Source: Massalongia carnosa (lineage: Eukaryota). From it: a DNA stretch of 64,000 bases. A program made the position numbers and the translations under genes. Positions 35,130-47,460 of this stretch are shown here, piece by piece. The number at the start of each line of letters is the position of its first letter. Within the stretch, counting starts at the first letter, position 1. Location of the stretch: the NCBI GenBank assembly GCA_965645245.1, contig OZ287082.1, positions 992,001 to 1,056,000 of the forward strand, in the 5' to 3' direction. The notes below the pieces were generated by a model. The model ran no database searches. It was not told where the DNA came from and was given only the letters and a program-made list of their open reading frames with translations.

Positions 35130-36679
35130 TCATGGTTTCCTTCTTGGTCGCTTGGTTGAAGGGTTGCATGTTGATTCTTCATCCAAAGCGAGCTCGTCGC
35201 TTGAGAGAATGGACTCGTAAGCGGGGTACTGCGATGCTGAGTTGGAGGTATCGTTTTCAGATAAACTTGAAGATGAAGCGACTATGGCCACATCTTGAAC
35301 CTTTCGATTCGCGGCTTCGATGAATTCATCTCGTTTTTCCTTGGCCCAATCTTTGGCGTTTCGGAAAGCGCCAGCTCCTGCCCGGAAGCTATCAGATGTA
35401 TCCGTCATTGCAAACGATCTTAGTTGGGTCGTCTGATACTCGGAACGGTAGCCGGTAGCTCCGGACTCGGTGGGATGTGTCGTAAACAGTTTTAGCGTTC
35501 CGCCATGATAGGTTGTCGTGATAGTATACGCCTTGTTGTCATAAAGAGGTTCTGTGTTTCCATACGACTGCAGGCAATGCATAGCGCGCGCGCCCAACGC
35601 GCCATCATAGCAAGCTTGCCGTCCCACCACCGCCAAGGATCCATCCGGACCTTTAGTCTCAAGGAAAAAATTCGGCGCCATAGGAAGCGTAGTTTGTGTC
35701 GAGGGAATGATCATCTTGTTGAGCTTGCGACGAATGCGCATATCGAGTTGCTCTGGACGAGCTCCGCAGTATCGATCGGGCTTCCCGAGAGCTAAGGTAC
35801 CGTCTGTTAGATGTGCGAGGTTGGTAAATAGAATCCCGCTCGCGGAGGTATTGTCCGGATTACTCTCGCCGAATATCATTGGAATGACTTCGGCCATCAC
35901 GCCTTCCTCCTTCACGGCACGGCTGTCTCTCCGTTGAAAGTCTTTGAAGGCGTCTTCGGAGAACTTTGATGGAGAGAGCGACGATCGAGAAAGTGCCAAC
36001 CGTTGATGAATCTCGTCCCAGTTGTCCGGTGTGGCAACCGAGCGGCCATCGGGGTACTCGTAGCCTGCCGGATGAATACCGTGATCAACAAGCTTTTGTT
36101 CAAAATCGCGATCGTACGCCGAAGAGTTCCTGCTACTCGCCGACTTGGCGGCTGACCTTGCGGAACGCTTTCGGCTGCCCGAGCTAACTTTAGTGGAGCT
36201 CATTCCGCTGTCAAGAGAACGATTAGGTTCAGGATGCTAGGTGCGAGTAATTAGTTCAAGTGTCAACACGTATTGGGCAGATAACCTACGCTTCTCAGAT
36301 CCGAGAGGTCGGGGCCGCCTTGTCGCGCGAAATGCTGTAATCCCTTGACTTCTGCTTCAGACAGTGAGGACAGATTTTTATAGATAAGTAGCGATGAAAG
36401 ATCGTTTCCCTTGAATTCACAATCGATGCTTCGGTTGAGCGATTGGTTTCGTTCTTGCCTTTGGCAAAGCGGAGAAGGAATTCGAGGGTCGAGCCGGTTC
36501 CTCCGATTCAACTCTTCCAGAGCCCGTTTTGTCAGCCAAACCTTGGACAATGAGTCCCAGTGGACTCTGTGCAGCGTGTGCTTGCTCTTTAACCTCTTGA
36601 CCGACGACTGCGGTGAAAGCGGAGGCGTCACAGGTGAATGGGCTCGTTTGCGCGGATTTGGGGCTTGAGAATCGGACAT
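35130..36679 (-). CDS. Conserved fungal hypothetical protein, PD-(D/E)xK-like nuclease fold (2 exons)
   Basis: Exon 1 WDSLSKVWLTKRALEELNRRN..GGPDLSDLR, intron ~36238-36290, exon 2 KPDRYCGA..PNFFLETKGPDG..RQACYDGALGARAM. Confidence 0.75.
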
Positions 36680-37079
36680 GAAGCGACGGCGCGGAAACAG
36701 GATCAGTTGGGTTTAAATTGTGTAGGTATTTGCGTCTTTGGCATGACTTCAAACACGAGACGCATGAAGGTTGTGATGCTAATTGTATAATTGAAAAGAA
36801 GAAAAGGCAAGAATACTGTTACTCTGTATACGATGTTGAGATGAAACTCGACTCGTCCAGCCTATTCAGGTTTAGCGGAACGAACTCATCAAGTCGCCGA
36901 AGATCAGCAAGGCAAAAGCGAATGATTGTTGTGTCTTTCGCAGTTACGGAGTATGGGTCACAACAAAGGCTATAATCCGCTATTCAGATCTCTTCACGCA
37001 GCTCTTGCAAAATCTGGGCCTCCCCGCTAATCTGACCTTGCTAGGAGTCTGCTCGCTGGCACCAAAGTTCTTAACAGAC

Positions 37080-37600
37080 TTTTAATTCGCACCGCTCGCT
37101 CTAATCCTCGTCTTCCCCACCTCGACAGCTTATGAAGAACACAAAACGCGCGAGGAGCTCGATCAGATGGATTATACTGAAAAGGGCGAAGAAGAGGAAA
37201 GTTTTGTGGTTCAAACAGATCATCCACAACGCATGCGGTCTCTATACGATCCTTCACGCGGTGAGCAAAAGCCGCCTCGAGCTGAGTGATTCTGCCTGTA
37301 CACGGCTCTCCGTTTTCGAGACTGATGCGGAAATAGAGAATGGTTGTCTGAAAGATCTCCTAACCGCCTGTATACCACTTTCCCCCAAAGGATCGTGTGC
37401 TGGTCCTGGAACACTCCTAGGACGTGGAAGCGGCATATGCAGCGGCAGCCTTGCAAGGTGACTCGACTGTTCCGACTAGTCCGGAGGAAGGGGTGAATTG
37501 TCATTACATCTGCCTGGTCAGATCTCATAAGAGCGGCCATCTCTACGAGATAGACGGCGATCAGATGAAGGCCTATTGCACGAGAATGGTGGCTTAAAAC
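37080..37600 (+). pseudogene. Ubiquitin C-terminal hydrolase (peptidase C12) pseudogene
   Basis: ALILVFPT, WFKQIIHNACGLYTILHAVS (catalytic Cys) and HYICLV..HLYEIDGD (His/Asp) lie in different frames. Confidence 0.8.
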
Positions 37601-38199
37601 TTCTACGGGGCTTGATGGAGTAGGAGCAAGGCCAAATCCAAATTTTAGGTTATTGGTCTTTATAGATACAAGCAAACTTCCAAGGATCATCCAGAACTTC
37701 TGATTCATCCTCCAACCGCGTCACTGGCGAATGACGACCTGAAGAGGCAGCGGAAAATACATCATGACTACAACAGGAAAGCCGTGCTGCTTTATAACCA
37801 ACCGGTCCGTTCCTCTTGTGTGTGCGGAACAGTACTCGTGTCCTTGCCATCAGCGATCGGTTTTACGCTCTCCGCGAAATCACTACATCTACCTGGGCGA
37901 TCGATTCCTAGGATGCTCAAGCTTGCCCTGGTGTTTTTCATACTTATCCCATGCAATGAGCAAACATGCCTAAAGAGCAGAGGTTCCAACACGGATTTGA
38001 AACAATTCTTTCTCCCATGGCTTACGTCTGCCATTGACAGCTTCACCATAAATCTTAGCCTTCGGACGGTGCCCGTCAAAGTATCGTTATAAACACACAA
38101 CACAGTCCCCTATGATTCTCTAGTGCTCTTCTGAGTGCAAGAAGGCCCGCTTTGACGAGATACGCACTCTTGTGGTTGGGAAAGGCATTCCTCAACAAT

Positions 38200-39150
38200 G
38201 TCGATCCATATGGGTCTTGGTCTGCTCTATGCAAGCCACATGAACATACTTGACGTAACTTGGTATGATCGTTCGCTATTTGTAGTATGCTAGGTACTAC
38301 TTCTGCAGGAGCTCCAGCCGCGGGATTGCTAAAGAGACATGTAGAATTTTAATTAAAATAAGAGCCAACATCGGCTTAGAAGATAAAATAGGCAAGTTTG
38401 TCATACTTTCGGAGATCACTCGGTATTCATGCCGCGATGGGCAGACATTTAATAGTCTTGTCAAGCACCCCTAGGGAAACGATAATAGACGACTTGCTGA
38501 TGTCCAAGGCCGTAACCAATCCTGGCTCGCGGAACTTTGATCTAAATAGCCTTGAGGGCGTCGCCGAGATATCCCGCAAATGCTGCATTGATCTTGTGGA
38601 TGACTACAAATGAAGTGCTTCTAGGTATCGACTGCATGCATGGGACTTTAAAAGGTTACTTGGACTTCCTATCGAAAACCGCTGCATTTGCAGATGTCAT
38701 CGACACCCTCGACTCGTGCGGCAGAACCCCTCTTGCCTGAGCAGTTGAGTATGCATGGCCCGACGCTGTCTCTACACTGTTTAAAACACAGCGCAAATCC
38801 TCATCAGCGCTCACTCTCGGCGAAAGGCGAATTGCCTCTTTTGCACCTTGTCATCGCTGGATCCGCATCTCAGCAATCAAGCCCTCGGCCCTCGCTTCTC
38901 CAAGGTTATCAGAATCCTGCTACAAGCCAGTATTTAAATCAGCGCTGTCGACCACGAGGGCTGGACCCCGTTACACGTTGCAACGTCGTGGAATCTCCTC
39001 GACATCGTGGCGGAGCTGGCAAGCTTCGGAGGCTCGGCGCTAGATTAGGACGACAGGACATATTGCGGGGATTTCGCACTACACTTGGCGCAGGGAGGCA
39101 TTACGATGAAGAGGTCGAGAGTCTTTCACCACATAGTGATCTACTTCTTC
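38200..39150 (+). pseudogene. Ankyrin-repeat protein pseudogene
   Basis: DSCGRTPLA*AVEY, LPLLHLVIAG and VDHEGWTPLHVATSW, with stops and frameshifts. Boundaries approximate. Confidence 0.7.
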
Positions 39151-39810
39151 TCAGCGGTGGCGTCTGCAATAGAGGTCAGAAGACGATGACGATTGCTCGG
39201 TGTCAAGCGATGGCGCTGGCGATACGAAGCCGATGATTTCTGAAGTCCGGTGAAGTTCATCACATCCCCCAGGTTGATCTATCGAGGTGGTGAATATCTC
39301 GTATTGATCTACTGAGTCAGCCGGTTTCCAAATTCTTAGGTCAGAGATGACAGGAACTCGGCGTCTCTCGTTTATCAACAACATGATACTAGATATGCCG
39401 AAAGATATGCGAAAAGTCCATTCAGCTACTGATCCGACAAATGATAAGAGTCCAGCTGTAGTTTCTTCGGCCTGTATGGTCGCGTTGCAATGTAGGTTCT
39501 TCGACGAGAGCACCGTGTAAGTCTCAGTGCTTCTGCTATCGTCACCATCGCCGTACGAGTACTGGGCTTGTTAAGACCGTCTTGGGAACCGATTATTCAG
39601 CTCTCTATTGCTCGATTGTTCATCCCGGTCAAGGAATGCACGTGTGCAGTTACGTCACATCAGATCCATGACATCTGCCGTTGATGTCCATGGACTACGG
39701 CTGTACATAAGGGCTATGAGAGTCCTCTCCATGTTTGAATTATCATCAATACTTCATTGACGACATCGACATCGACATCTTCGTTACGAATCTTGGCAAG
39801 AATCATTACC

Positions 39811-40217
39811 ATGACTTCACTCCTCCAGAAATTGTGGTTTTCTGCGTTGCTGGTAGCCCCTGGGATGCTCAGGCTAGGAGAAGCCACAAGTGGAATCACG
39901 ACCAGATACTGGGACTGCTGTAAGCAATCCTGCGCTTGGTCTGGCAAAGCGCAGGCTTCGAAGCCTGTCAACACGTGCAGCATTCAAGACCAATATCTCT
40001 TCGACGATAACGCTCCATCCGCGTGCGAGGGTGGATCGACCTACGCTTGCAGTAACCAGGGACCTTGGGCCGTCAACGACAATCTAGCATATGGGTTTAC
40101 GGCGGCAAAGCTTGCCGGAAAGAGCGAACCGGACTGGTGCTACGCTTGCTACAAGTACGTGCATTTAGAATAACTCCAGCTTCTCCGACACTAAAATCAC
40201 CGTACAGGTTGACCTGA
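39811..40217 (+). pseudogene. GH45 endoglucanase, 3'-truncated
   Basis: Signal-peptide-like start, TTRYWDCCKQSCAW, PWAVNDNLAYGF. After the intron (~40155-40207) the frame gives LT* and homology is lost. Confidence 0.85.
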
Positions 40218-40720
40218 AATTTAGATGGAAATAAGATATTTGAACGATAAAAGTTTTGCTTATCAATTAACGTTTTATTAGTTGATTAATAAACATCACG
40301 ATAAGTTGCTTGATGTTATGATCTACCTAGAGACAAGTCATAGGGACACTAGAAACGAATACAATAAAGATGAAGAAGGAAAAAGACAATCGACAACCAG
40401 AACCTGCTCCTATATATCCTCTACTGCGCTAGTACCCATATGGTATAGTCGTCATGGAATCTTCTAATAGCTGCGGGAACGAAATCGAAAGTGCCTGCGT
40501 GTTCCATCTACGATTGCCCTAGGCGGTGCCGAGGTCGTGCCGTGTAGAATCGTGACACTTGATAAATTTTAAATTTTTTGATATACACAGTAATATCATT
40601 TAAAATTCGTTAATTTATACAATCTGAGCTATTATGATATGTCGTTAGTGTCCGGATAGGCGAATTTAAACGAATTTTATAGCAGTATGAATTATGTATT
40701 GTTGCTGTTACAAAATCATT

Positions 40721-42472
40721 CTATAATCTTATCGGCTCCAGCCTGACACCTCCAAAAGAAAACCCCCCAAACCAGCTTCTTTGAAACTTCATGCTGATTA
40801 TCATTGCCAAATGCCCATCGAGCTCGACATCGACCAGATCGTTTCCAATCTCGCACCATCCGGTATCCTTGAGGGTGTTCCATAGACCGGAGTCTACCAT
40901 TTGCTGTTTGTATCCGTCCCTTAGCAATACCGGCACGCTATCGGGAAATGTGTTCACATCAATGCTTTTGTGCATGAACTTCATGGGTTCTTTTGCTCTA
41001 CCAACGGAATAGAGGACGTTGAAAGGCGGGAAATGGCCTGGTTCTACAACCGATGCATCCTGTCCGGGAATAATGGAGGGAAATTTGCGCTGCGTGACCG
41101 AGTTCTCCTCTATAGTGGGTGCTTGCCCGCGGAAATACCATACCACCCATTTGATTCGATATCTCCCATGAGGGATATCAAAGGCCTGACCTCGAATAAG
41201 AAGGTTTACAAACCTTCGGCTCGAAAGAATGGTAGAGCCCACAGGTCTCACGGTCTTGCAACGAAATTGCGGATCGACTCTTACGTTTGACGGATATCCT
41301 GATGTATGATCCACTTCCTCACGATACCAGAGTGCCATTGATGGATAGTCTGAGTCGCGGTCATCTTCGTGAACGACGGTGAATTGACCGGCAGATAGCT
41401 CATATGGCATCGCTTTGTTCGTAAGTTCTCTGATGCGTTTCACACAGGCCAGCTGACTGCGATATGTCTGGGCATTATTCAAATACGCCTGTGTAAACCC
41501 CGCAAGCTGATTCATCTTTTCCCATTCTTGTAAGCCAATTGTTTCGAGTCCTTGGTCGACGTTAAACCGATAATACTCGGTCTTGCATCTGTAAGAATGG
41601 AATCTTCTGTCAAGCGCGTTATCAACTCCAGAAGCTGATGTCGCGAGATCTTTAAGGGCCTTGAGCAATTCTATTTGTCCTCGAAGCCCAACGTTCCACC
41701 AGCTTGGCTGCTGCTTCTCGAGAGAAGATGGAGGCTCTTTGCCGGTCCCCAGGGAAACAAACACGCCAATCTCCCGTCCTGGCCACAGTCGATCTACTTC
41801 ATCACATGCCACTTTCCCAGGGTTATTGAAGCCCAAACCAGCATCTATGTATCGGACTCCAGGAGTACCAATGATCATCTCCTCGAAGAATGTGAAAGCG
41901 GCGCTAGTCGCTCGAGCCGCTTCCCATATGGTGGTTTCGTCGTTTCGCTCGTAAGTAGTGAAGCTATGCGGATCAGGGTTGTTAACCTTATCCGCGATGA
42001 CCGCAAGGACAAAGGCATGACATGCCCTCTGTTGCTCCGAGGGCTCCTCATACATGCTTGCTTCGGAATCGCCAGAATACTTCTTTACAACCTCTTTGAT
42101 GGCATCCTTTAGCTTCTGTGCGCTGAACCTGGCCTCACCCTTCTTGCTTACCCTAAGGACGGTTCCTAACACGCTGTGTCCTTTCTCTTCCTCGAATATT
42201 CGTTTCGAAAGCCTTAGATATTCGTCAATCGCTTGTTTGGTAGTAAGCCTCAATCTTCCTAGCAAAATTGCGATCAGCCCTCCGGTGCTTGTCCCACATA
42301 TTATGTCAAAGTAGTCGCACGGTCTAAGCGTTCCTATCGCAGCCTTTTCTTGATCGCCCAGATGATTCATAAGAGTCTGGAGAATCATGAGTGCGGAGAG
42401 TCCGCGGACACCGCCCCCATCCAGAGAGAGTACTCGCGCTGGCTCGAGGGAATTTGACTCTAAATGAGGCAT
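40721..42472 (-). CDS. Patatin-like phospholipase with an extra C-terminal domain (PP2/Nictaba-like)
   Basis: LSLDGGGVRG, GTSTGG, ARATSAA, DAG motifs. Intronless 583-aa ORF. Confidence 0.9.
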   Translation of the reverse strand: MPHLESNSLEPARVLSLDGGGVRGLSALMILQTLMNHLGDQEKAAIGTLRPCDYFDIICGTSTGGLIAILLGRLRLTTKQAIDEYLRLSKRIFEEEKGHSVLGTVLRVSKKGEARFSAQKLKDAIKEVVKKYSGDSEASMYEEPSEQQRACHAFVLAVIADKVNNPDPHSFTTYERNDETTIWEAARATSAAFTFFEEMIIGTPGVRYIDAGLGFNNPGKVACDEVDRLWPGREIGVFVSLGTGKEPPSSLEKQQPSWWNVGLRGQIELLKALKDLATSASGVDNALDRRFHSYRCKTEYYRFNVDQGLETIGLQEWEKMNQLAGFTQAYLNNAQTYRSQLACVKRIRELTNKAMPYELSAGQFTVVHEDDRDSDYPSMALWYREEVDHTSGYPSNVRVDPQFRCKTVRPVGSTILSSRRFVNLLIRGQAFDIPHGRYRIKWVVWYFRGQAPTIEENSVTQRKFPSIIPGQDASVVEPGHFPPFNVLYSVGRAKEPMKFMHKSIDVNTFPDSVPVLLRDGYKQQMVDSGLWNTLKDTGWCEIGNDLVDVELDGHLAMIISMKFQRSWFGGFSFGGVRLEPIRL

Positions 42473-45330
42473 CTTGAATAGGAAAACTCAAGGTATCTAA
42501 CCATGGTCAGATAGAAATGTGCGCCGAGTGTAGTAGTTTAAAGAGCGATGGTTGAAAATGTTCTCCGCGCTCGTCATGAATGCATCGACAGCGCTATAGC
42601 AAAGGGCGCTGGGGGCGCGCTGCAGCCTTGCGCTCCACATGCGCGATACGCCAATAATACTTTCAAACTATACTTCCTGGCGAGGGTGTGATGATAATGC
42701 GGTGAGGTAGGTATTATTATTGTAAATAAGGGAAGTCGACTCTGCCGCAGATGCTAGTCTTGGTGGTGGCTGTACTCTATTTCCATCGCAGTGTTTCATC
42801 CAATCAGTTATAAAAAAAGGCTGAACTGTTGAATATTCAACTCCTACCAGTACAGTGAACACCTACCAGTTCAATGAACATAGCACCTACGACTGCCCAA
42901 GATGGACAGAGCACCTACAGAAACCGTAGATGCCGTATTAGGCTTAGCCTAAAGATTAGATAAGATCGGCTCAGATAATCTTATCACCTCGCTTAGCAGA
43001 GGGTGACCAGTTATGGGACAAAGACTGCTGAACAGCACTCTTCATCCTTAACATCACGGTCATACATACCATTTTTATTATAGCCATATAGCCATAGTCA
43101 TATACCTATTTCAACATGAACTTTGACGTCGAACTTCAACGACCTCGCCTTCACTTTTTGGACGTTTGTAAACGCATGCACTGAGTTGAAAGAATCCGGG
43201 AGCTTTCAATAATCACATCAACTTCCAATCACAATGAGCTTTTTCCAGCCATGTGAGGAGGCTCTTTTTCCGGGCATTTCATACCACTTGTCTGGCCTGT
43301 CCACTTTATATATATTCACCTGTTCGCTGTTCATTAAAAGCGCACTATCAATCAACTCCTCAAAGCTACCACTTTCATATTGACATATTACTTTCGTTAT
43401 GATTTCACATCTTTGATATAGTGTGTTTTCCCGCTGATTCTCAATCAACCAAAGTTTCATTCTATATGACCAAGACCAAGATTGGAATAGATGGAGAAAT
43501 AGCATGGGAAAATAGTATGATGCTAGGCTGTGGTTATGATGTCGAGAATCTTCAGACGACTCCGTTTGCCTCGATCGATTTAGAAATAGAATCCAATCAC
43601 GCTCCAGAAGGGGTTGAGAAAATTCGATACGGGTGTCACATCATCAGAATCGCCGAGGAACTGAAGATTATGATAATTGTCTCCGCAAGGGCGTCCGCCT
43701 CGACCTCCTCGGCATTTCCGCTCGAGGCTTTCTCGGGATATCTTCATATAATCCAATGCAACGTCATTAAAATGACCACGATCATCCGCTACATAGTTAC
43801 TTCAAGGTTAATAAGATACTTGTTGTGTGCTCTTCTGTCCTACGACGCGAAACGCAAGCTAAAAAGAATCTTTATAGCAAAGTCGACGCCCAATAAATTC
43901 TTTCATCAATATAAATAGTATTATGTGTGAGATCAGATCCATCAATCTTTTCTTCTTGTCATTTGCACGCACTTAGCAAGCAGCAAAAAGAAACTCGACA
44001 ACTTCAAAACAAAGCTTGAAGGCAATTATCAAATCACGACCTTTGATACTATTGTCGAGTTCTTCAAGAAAGCGAAGTCTACGCGCATCAACACGCATAT
44101 CAATCTAAAGATCACAGGATGCGATACGTTGAAAATGTGTCAACAAAATGATTATTCCGATCCTAAAAGCTTTCCTGAATAAAAATGTACACATACCGCA
44201 TATTGCCTGTCTCAAACACCACTCGTGGGTCAAGTCAAGAATGTCAAGATTTACACGGCCAATCGAGAAATCTGTTGTTCCCCCGGCAGTCGGTCACGCG
44301 TATAAGTCTTCTTTATTGCTTGAGATAAAAAAGTAAGGAGTCATAGGATGACTTCTGTCAAAAACACGCTGCCTAGTATATCAGCTCTCAGGGAGAGTCT
44401 GATGAGTATAAGAACGTCCAAGTGAGACTAATAATCCAATCTCCATGATCTAGAAAAAGACCTGCGTGATTTGGAGACGGTGATAAAGTGTTGACTTCAA
44501 CGAGAGCGCTTGCTGCAAGAAGCCAATAATTCGCCCGTCAAAAGATGGTCAAAGTAAGTCTCCTTGGATCTGATTCACGATCCAGTTTAAAGTTACCGAT
44601 CGAGATACATCAGAAAGGATTGGAAAGCTCAAGACAAGCTAGAGTGGAGAACAGGCGTAACCGATCTGTCTCTTTCGTCATCCAAGTCTCTCGCATCCAA
44701 GCTCGCCTATCATAAGTTAGAGTTCGTTTACAGCTCCAGAACGTCAACTAAATGCCCTAGTAGAAAGAAAAGAAATTCTTTGCCACGGACGGGTTATCGT
44801 TGATGCAAAGGGTGAAGGATAATAGAGAAATCGGGAAAAAACGGAAGTTGGTCGCCGAAAGATGACTGAATCGGAGACGATCATCTTGAGACAAAGTTCT
44901 CGACCGGTTATTTTCACGCGAGTCGTTGGACGCTGGAGGCGAGGCTTGGTAGATGGCGGTTTTGTACAAAGAGGAAGAGTAGTCGATTCTGGTCGGTTGG
45001 AGACCAAAATTGTACTCGATTTTAGAAATTCGACGAGTTAACGAGAAGTTGCTGAAGACACAAACTGGTTCATGCACCCCCGTGTTTATTCAATTAATAA
45101 TAAAAGATGTATTATTGCTGATCTATCATATTGTAATCATCTTGTTTCAACAACAATCGCGACGAATAAATACTCGATTTTTGAATTTGCACAGAAGCTT
45201 GCAACTTAATTCCACTTTAAAGCTTAGCCGATATTTGAATGAAAAGAATCGTCAACGTTTCATATCTGCGGCCATTGGTTCGAATTGAAGCAGTTATGCT
45301 TCCAACGAACCTTTCAAAAAATGTCTGGGT

Positions 45331-46464
45331 TCATTTTCCTCGCAACGTTTCCTTCTTCATCCTGCTCACAAACTCCCCCGCAAGCTTTACCACCTTTTCC
45401 GTCTCAGCTTCAAACCCAGTCAAATTGCCCGCATAGAGGATATCGTGGCTCGTAAACGGCTCGACGTAGACCTCGATCCTATTTCCTTTCCGATCCATAG
45501 CATCGGCAAACGCCATGCCTTCGTCGTAAAGGATCTCGAGGCCGCCAAGCTGGATCCAGAGGGGCGTTTCGGTCCGAAACGGATGGTGGAGGGGCGAGAT
45601 ATACGGATCGTCTGCTTCCATCGCCTTTGGGATGTACGCACGAGCTCCCCAGGAAGTGAAGTTGCTGGGCAGATAGTCGGTCTTGTAATGTCGATTGCCG
45701 TTGATATATGCCTCGTCGCGGGCGGACGCAAGATCCAACCAGGGGCTGAAGAGCAATGCGGCCAATGGGTCGGGGAGGAGACCGTTGCTGCGGGCAATGT
45801 GGCGTAGCAGTGCGATGGCGAGATTCGCGCCGGCGGAGTCGCCGGAGATGACGATCCGGCGAGCGGAAACCCCTTGATCGAGGAGATACTGGTAGGCGGT
45901 AACGGCGTCCTGCAGTGCGGCGGGGAAATGACAGTGTGGATTGCTGGCAAGCCTGTATGATAGAAACAGGGCCTTTGCGTTGAGGTGTTCGGTCAGCTGC
46001 TTGGCCCCAAAGTCAACGTCGCCTGATCGGCCCTCTATCACCACATAGGCACCTCCGTGAAAATGAAGAACGACGGTCTGCTCGTCATCGATCTGGTTCT
46101 CGTTGGCTTGGAAGAGACTTGGGTACCAAGTCCCTCCTGTGAGCGTCGGCTGGACGTCTGCATCATCCAAAAGCCCACGATAGATGAGATCATCCGATGA
46201 CGGGCTGATCGTGACGAACCGGTCCTTCTCGGTGAGCTGGAGAGGCGTGTGCATTTCCACGGCGCTGATGTTGTACAGGATTGCCCTGACAACCTTGCTC
46301 ATGATTGCCTGGCGATAGGTCCATTGTGGATGCTGACGGAATCGTCTGGGGATGAAACAGATGAGCCAGAACGGCAACCGGGCCAAAGTGAAAACAACCA
46401 CGGCGACAGTCCAGATGGCTTTTCCCGGCTGTTGAGTGACGAACTTCTGTCGTGATTCGGTCAT
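45331..46464 (-). CDS. Alpha/beta-hydrolase fold-3 (HSL-like) esterase/lipase
   Basis: HFHGGAY, YRLA, FPAALQD, GDSAG, SPW, ISP and HD motifs. Confidence 0.92.
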   Translation of the reverse strand: MTESRQKFVTQQPGKAIWTVAVVVFTLARLPFWLICFIPRRFRQHPQWTYRQAIMSKVVRAILYNISAVEMHTPLQLTEKDRFVTISPSSDDLIYRGLLDDADVQPTLTGGTWYPSLFQANENQIDDEQTVVLHFHGGAYVVIEGRSGDVDFGAKQLTEHLNAKALFLSYRLASNPHCHFPAALQDAVTAYQYLLDQGVSARRIVISGDSAGANLAIALLRHIARSNGLLPDPLAALLFSPWLDLASARDEAYINGNRHYKTDYLPSNFTSWGARAYIPKAMEADDPYISPLHHPFRTETPLWIQLGGLEILYDEGMAFADAMDRKGNRIEVYVEPFTSHDILYAGNLTGFEAETEKVVKLAGEFVSRMKKETLRGK

Positions 46465-47460
46465 TGCTGTTGTTATATTTCGATGCCGATCGACTAATGG
46501 AGCTGTTAGTTTTGCATTGACGAGTGAGAGTTGCGACTGAATGTCATAAATGTCTCATCAGTAGGGACTTCAGCCGCAATCCTTTCACTCGGTACGCCCT
46601 AAAGATACATGCAGGCGCATGCATGATACGGCAAGCGCGGCTGCAATGATAGACGAGGTAACATTTAACTGATGACTGCCGACTGCGCTGCTCTGCATTC
46701 AATCAACGTGAACGTCGTTGTTACGCGGAGAAGCTCAGCTCGACAACGGCGCAGCAAAGCGTTCTTCATCCAGGAATATTCTCCGAATCTCGCTGTCCGG
46801 CAATCCGTGCGTTCACATAGTTACGAATGATAGTTCCTTTCGAGAGATTTCAGCAGTCCATTCCTCACCAAAAGGAAGCTCATCACGAATAGACTAGAAA
46901 TAGAATCGGGTCAGCTAGTTAGTGCTTAGTTCGCCTGCTTGACAAGGCGCTGAACCGCACATATCGATTTCGTTGATCAACTGATGAATATTACCTTCTT
47001 TACTATTACAATACTGTAGCTGAGCAGCAGCGCAATCGACTTATGGTTAACGATATGTCAATTCTGTTTACTTTCTCGATTCGCGGGCTTTCTCAATATG
47101 TTCAAGCATTTTGGAGGGCCAGAATTTTATTTTTTAAAAAAAGAAAGTTTTCATTCAAGTTACTTGACGAGCTCTAGACAGATAACAAATCCAATGAGGG
47201 GCTTCAGTCCATGATAAAACCGGACGAGAAACTATATATAACAACAGGACAGGTAAAGAGTGATGATAAAACATGTCTATGAAAATGCGCTGTGGTGCTT
47301 AAATCATCACCATCGTTCACGACATCATCGCACATCGGAAGCAATCATTAACCGCATCGCATACCGTAGTTCAAGCTCTTCGTTCAAGATTCGACTCCAA
47401 AGCAGATTCGGCGATGAGAAGTCGCGTTCGAAGATGGGGGCCGAAGCGAAGACTAATTCA

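Noticed and set aside
43421..43918. 165-aa ORF and other short ORFs at 43-45 kb
   Set aside because: No recognisable motifs; embedded in degenerate sequence.
44744..45084. Tc1-like stub beginning CACGGGGGTGCA on the minus strand
   Set aside because: No partner TIR, no TA flank, and only vague protein similarity.
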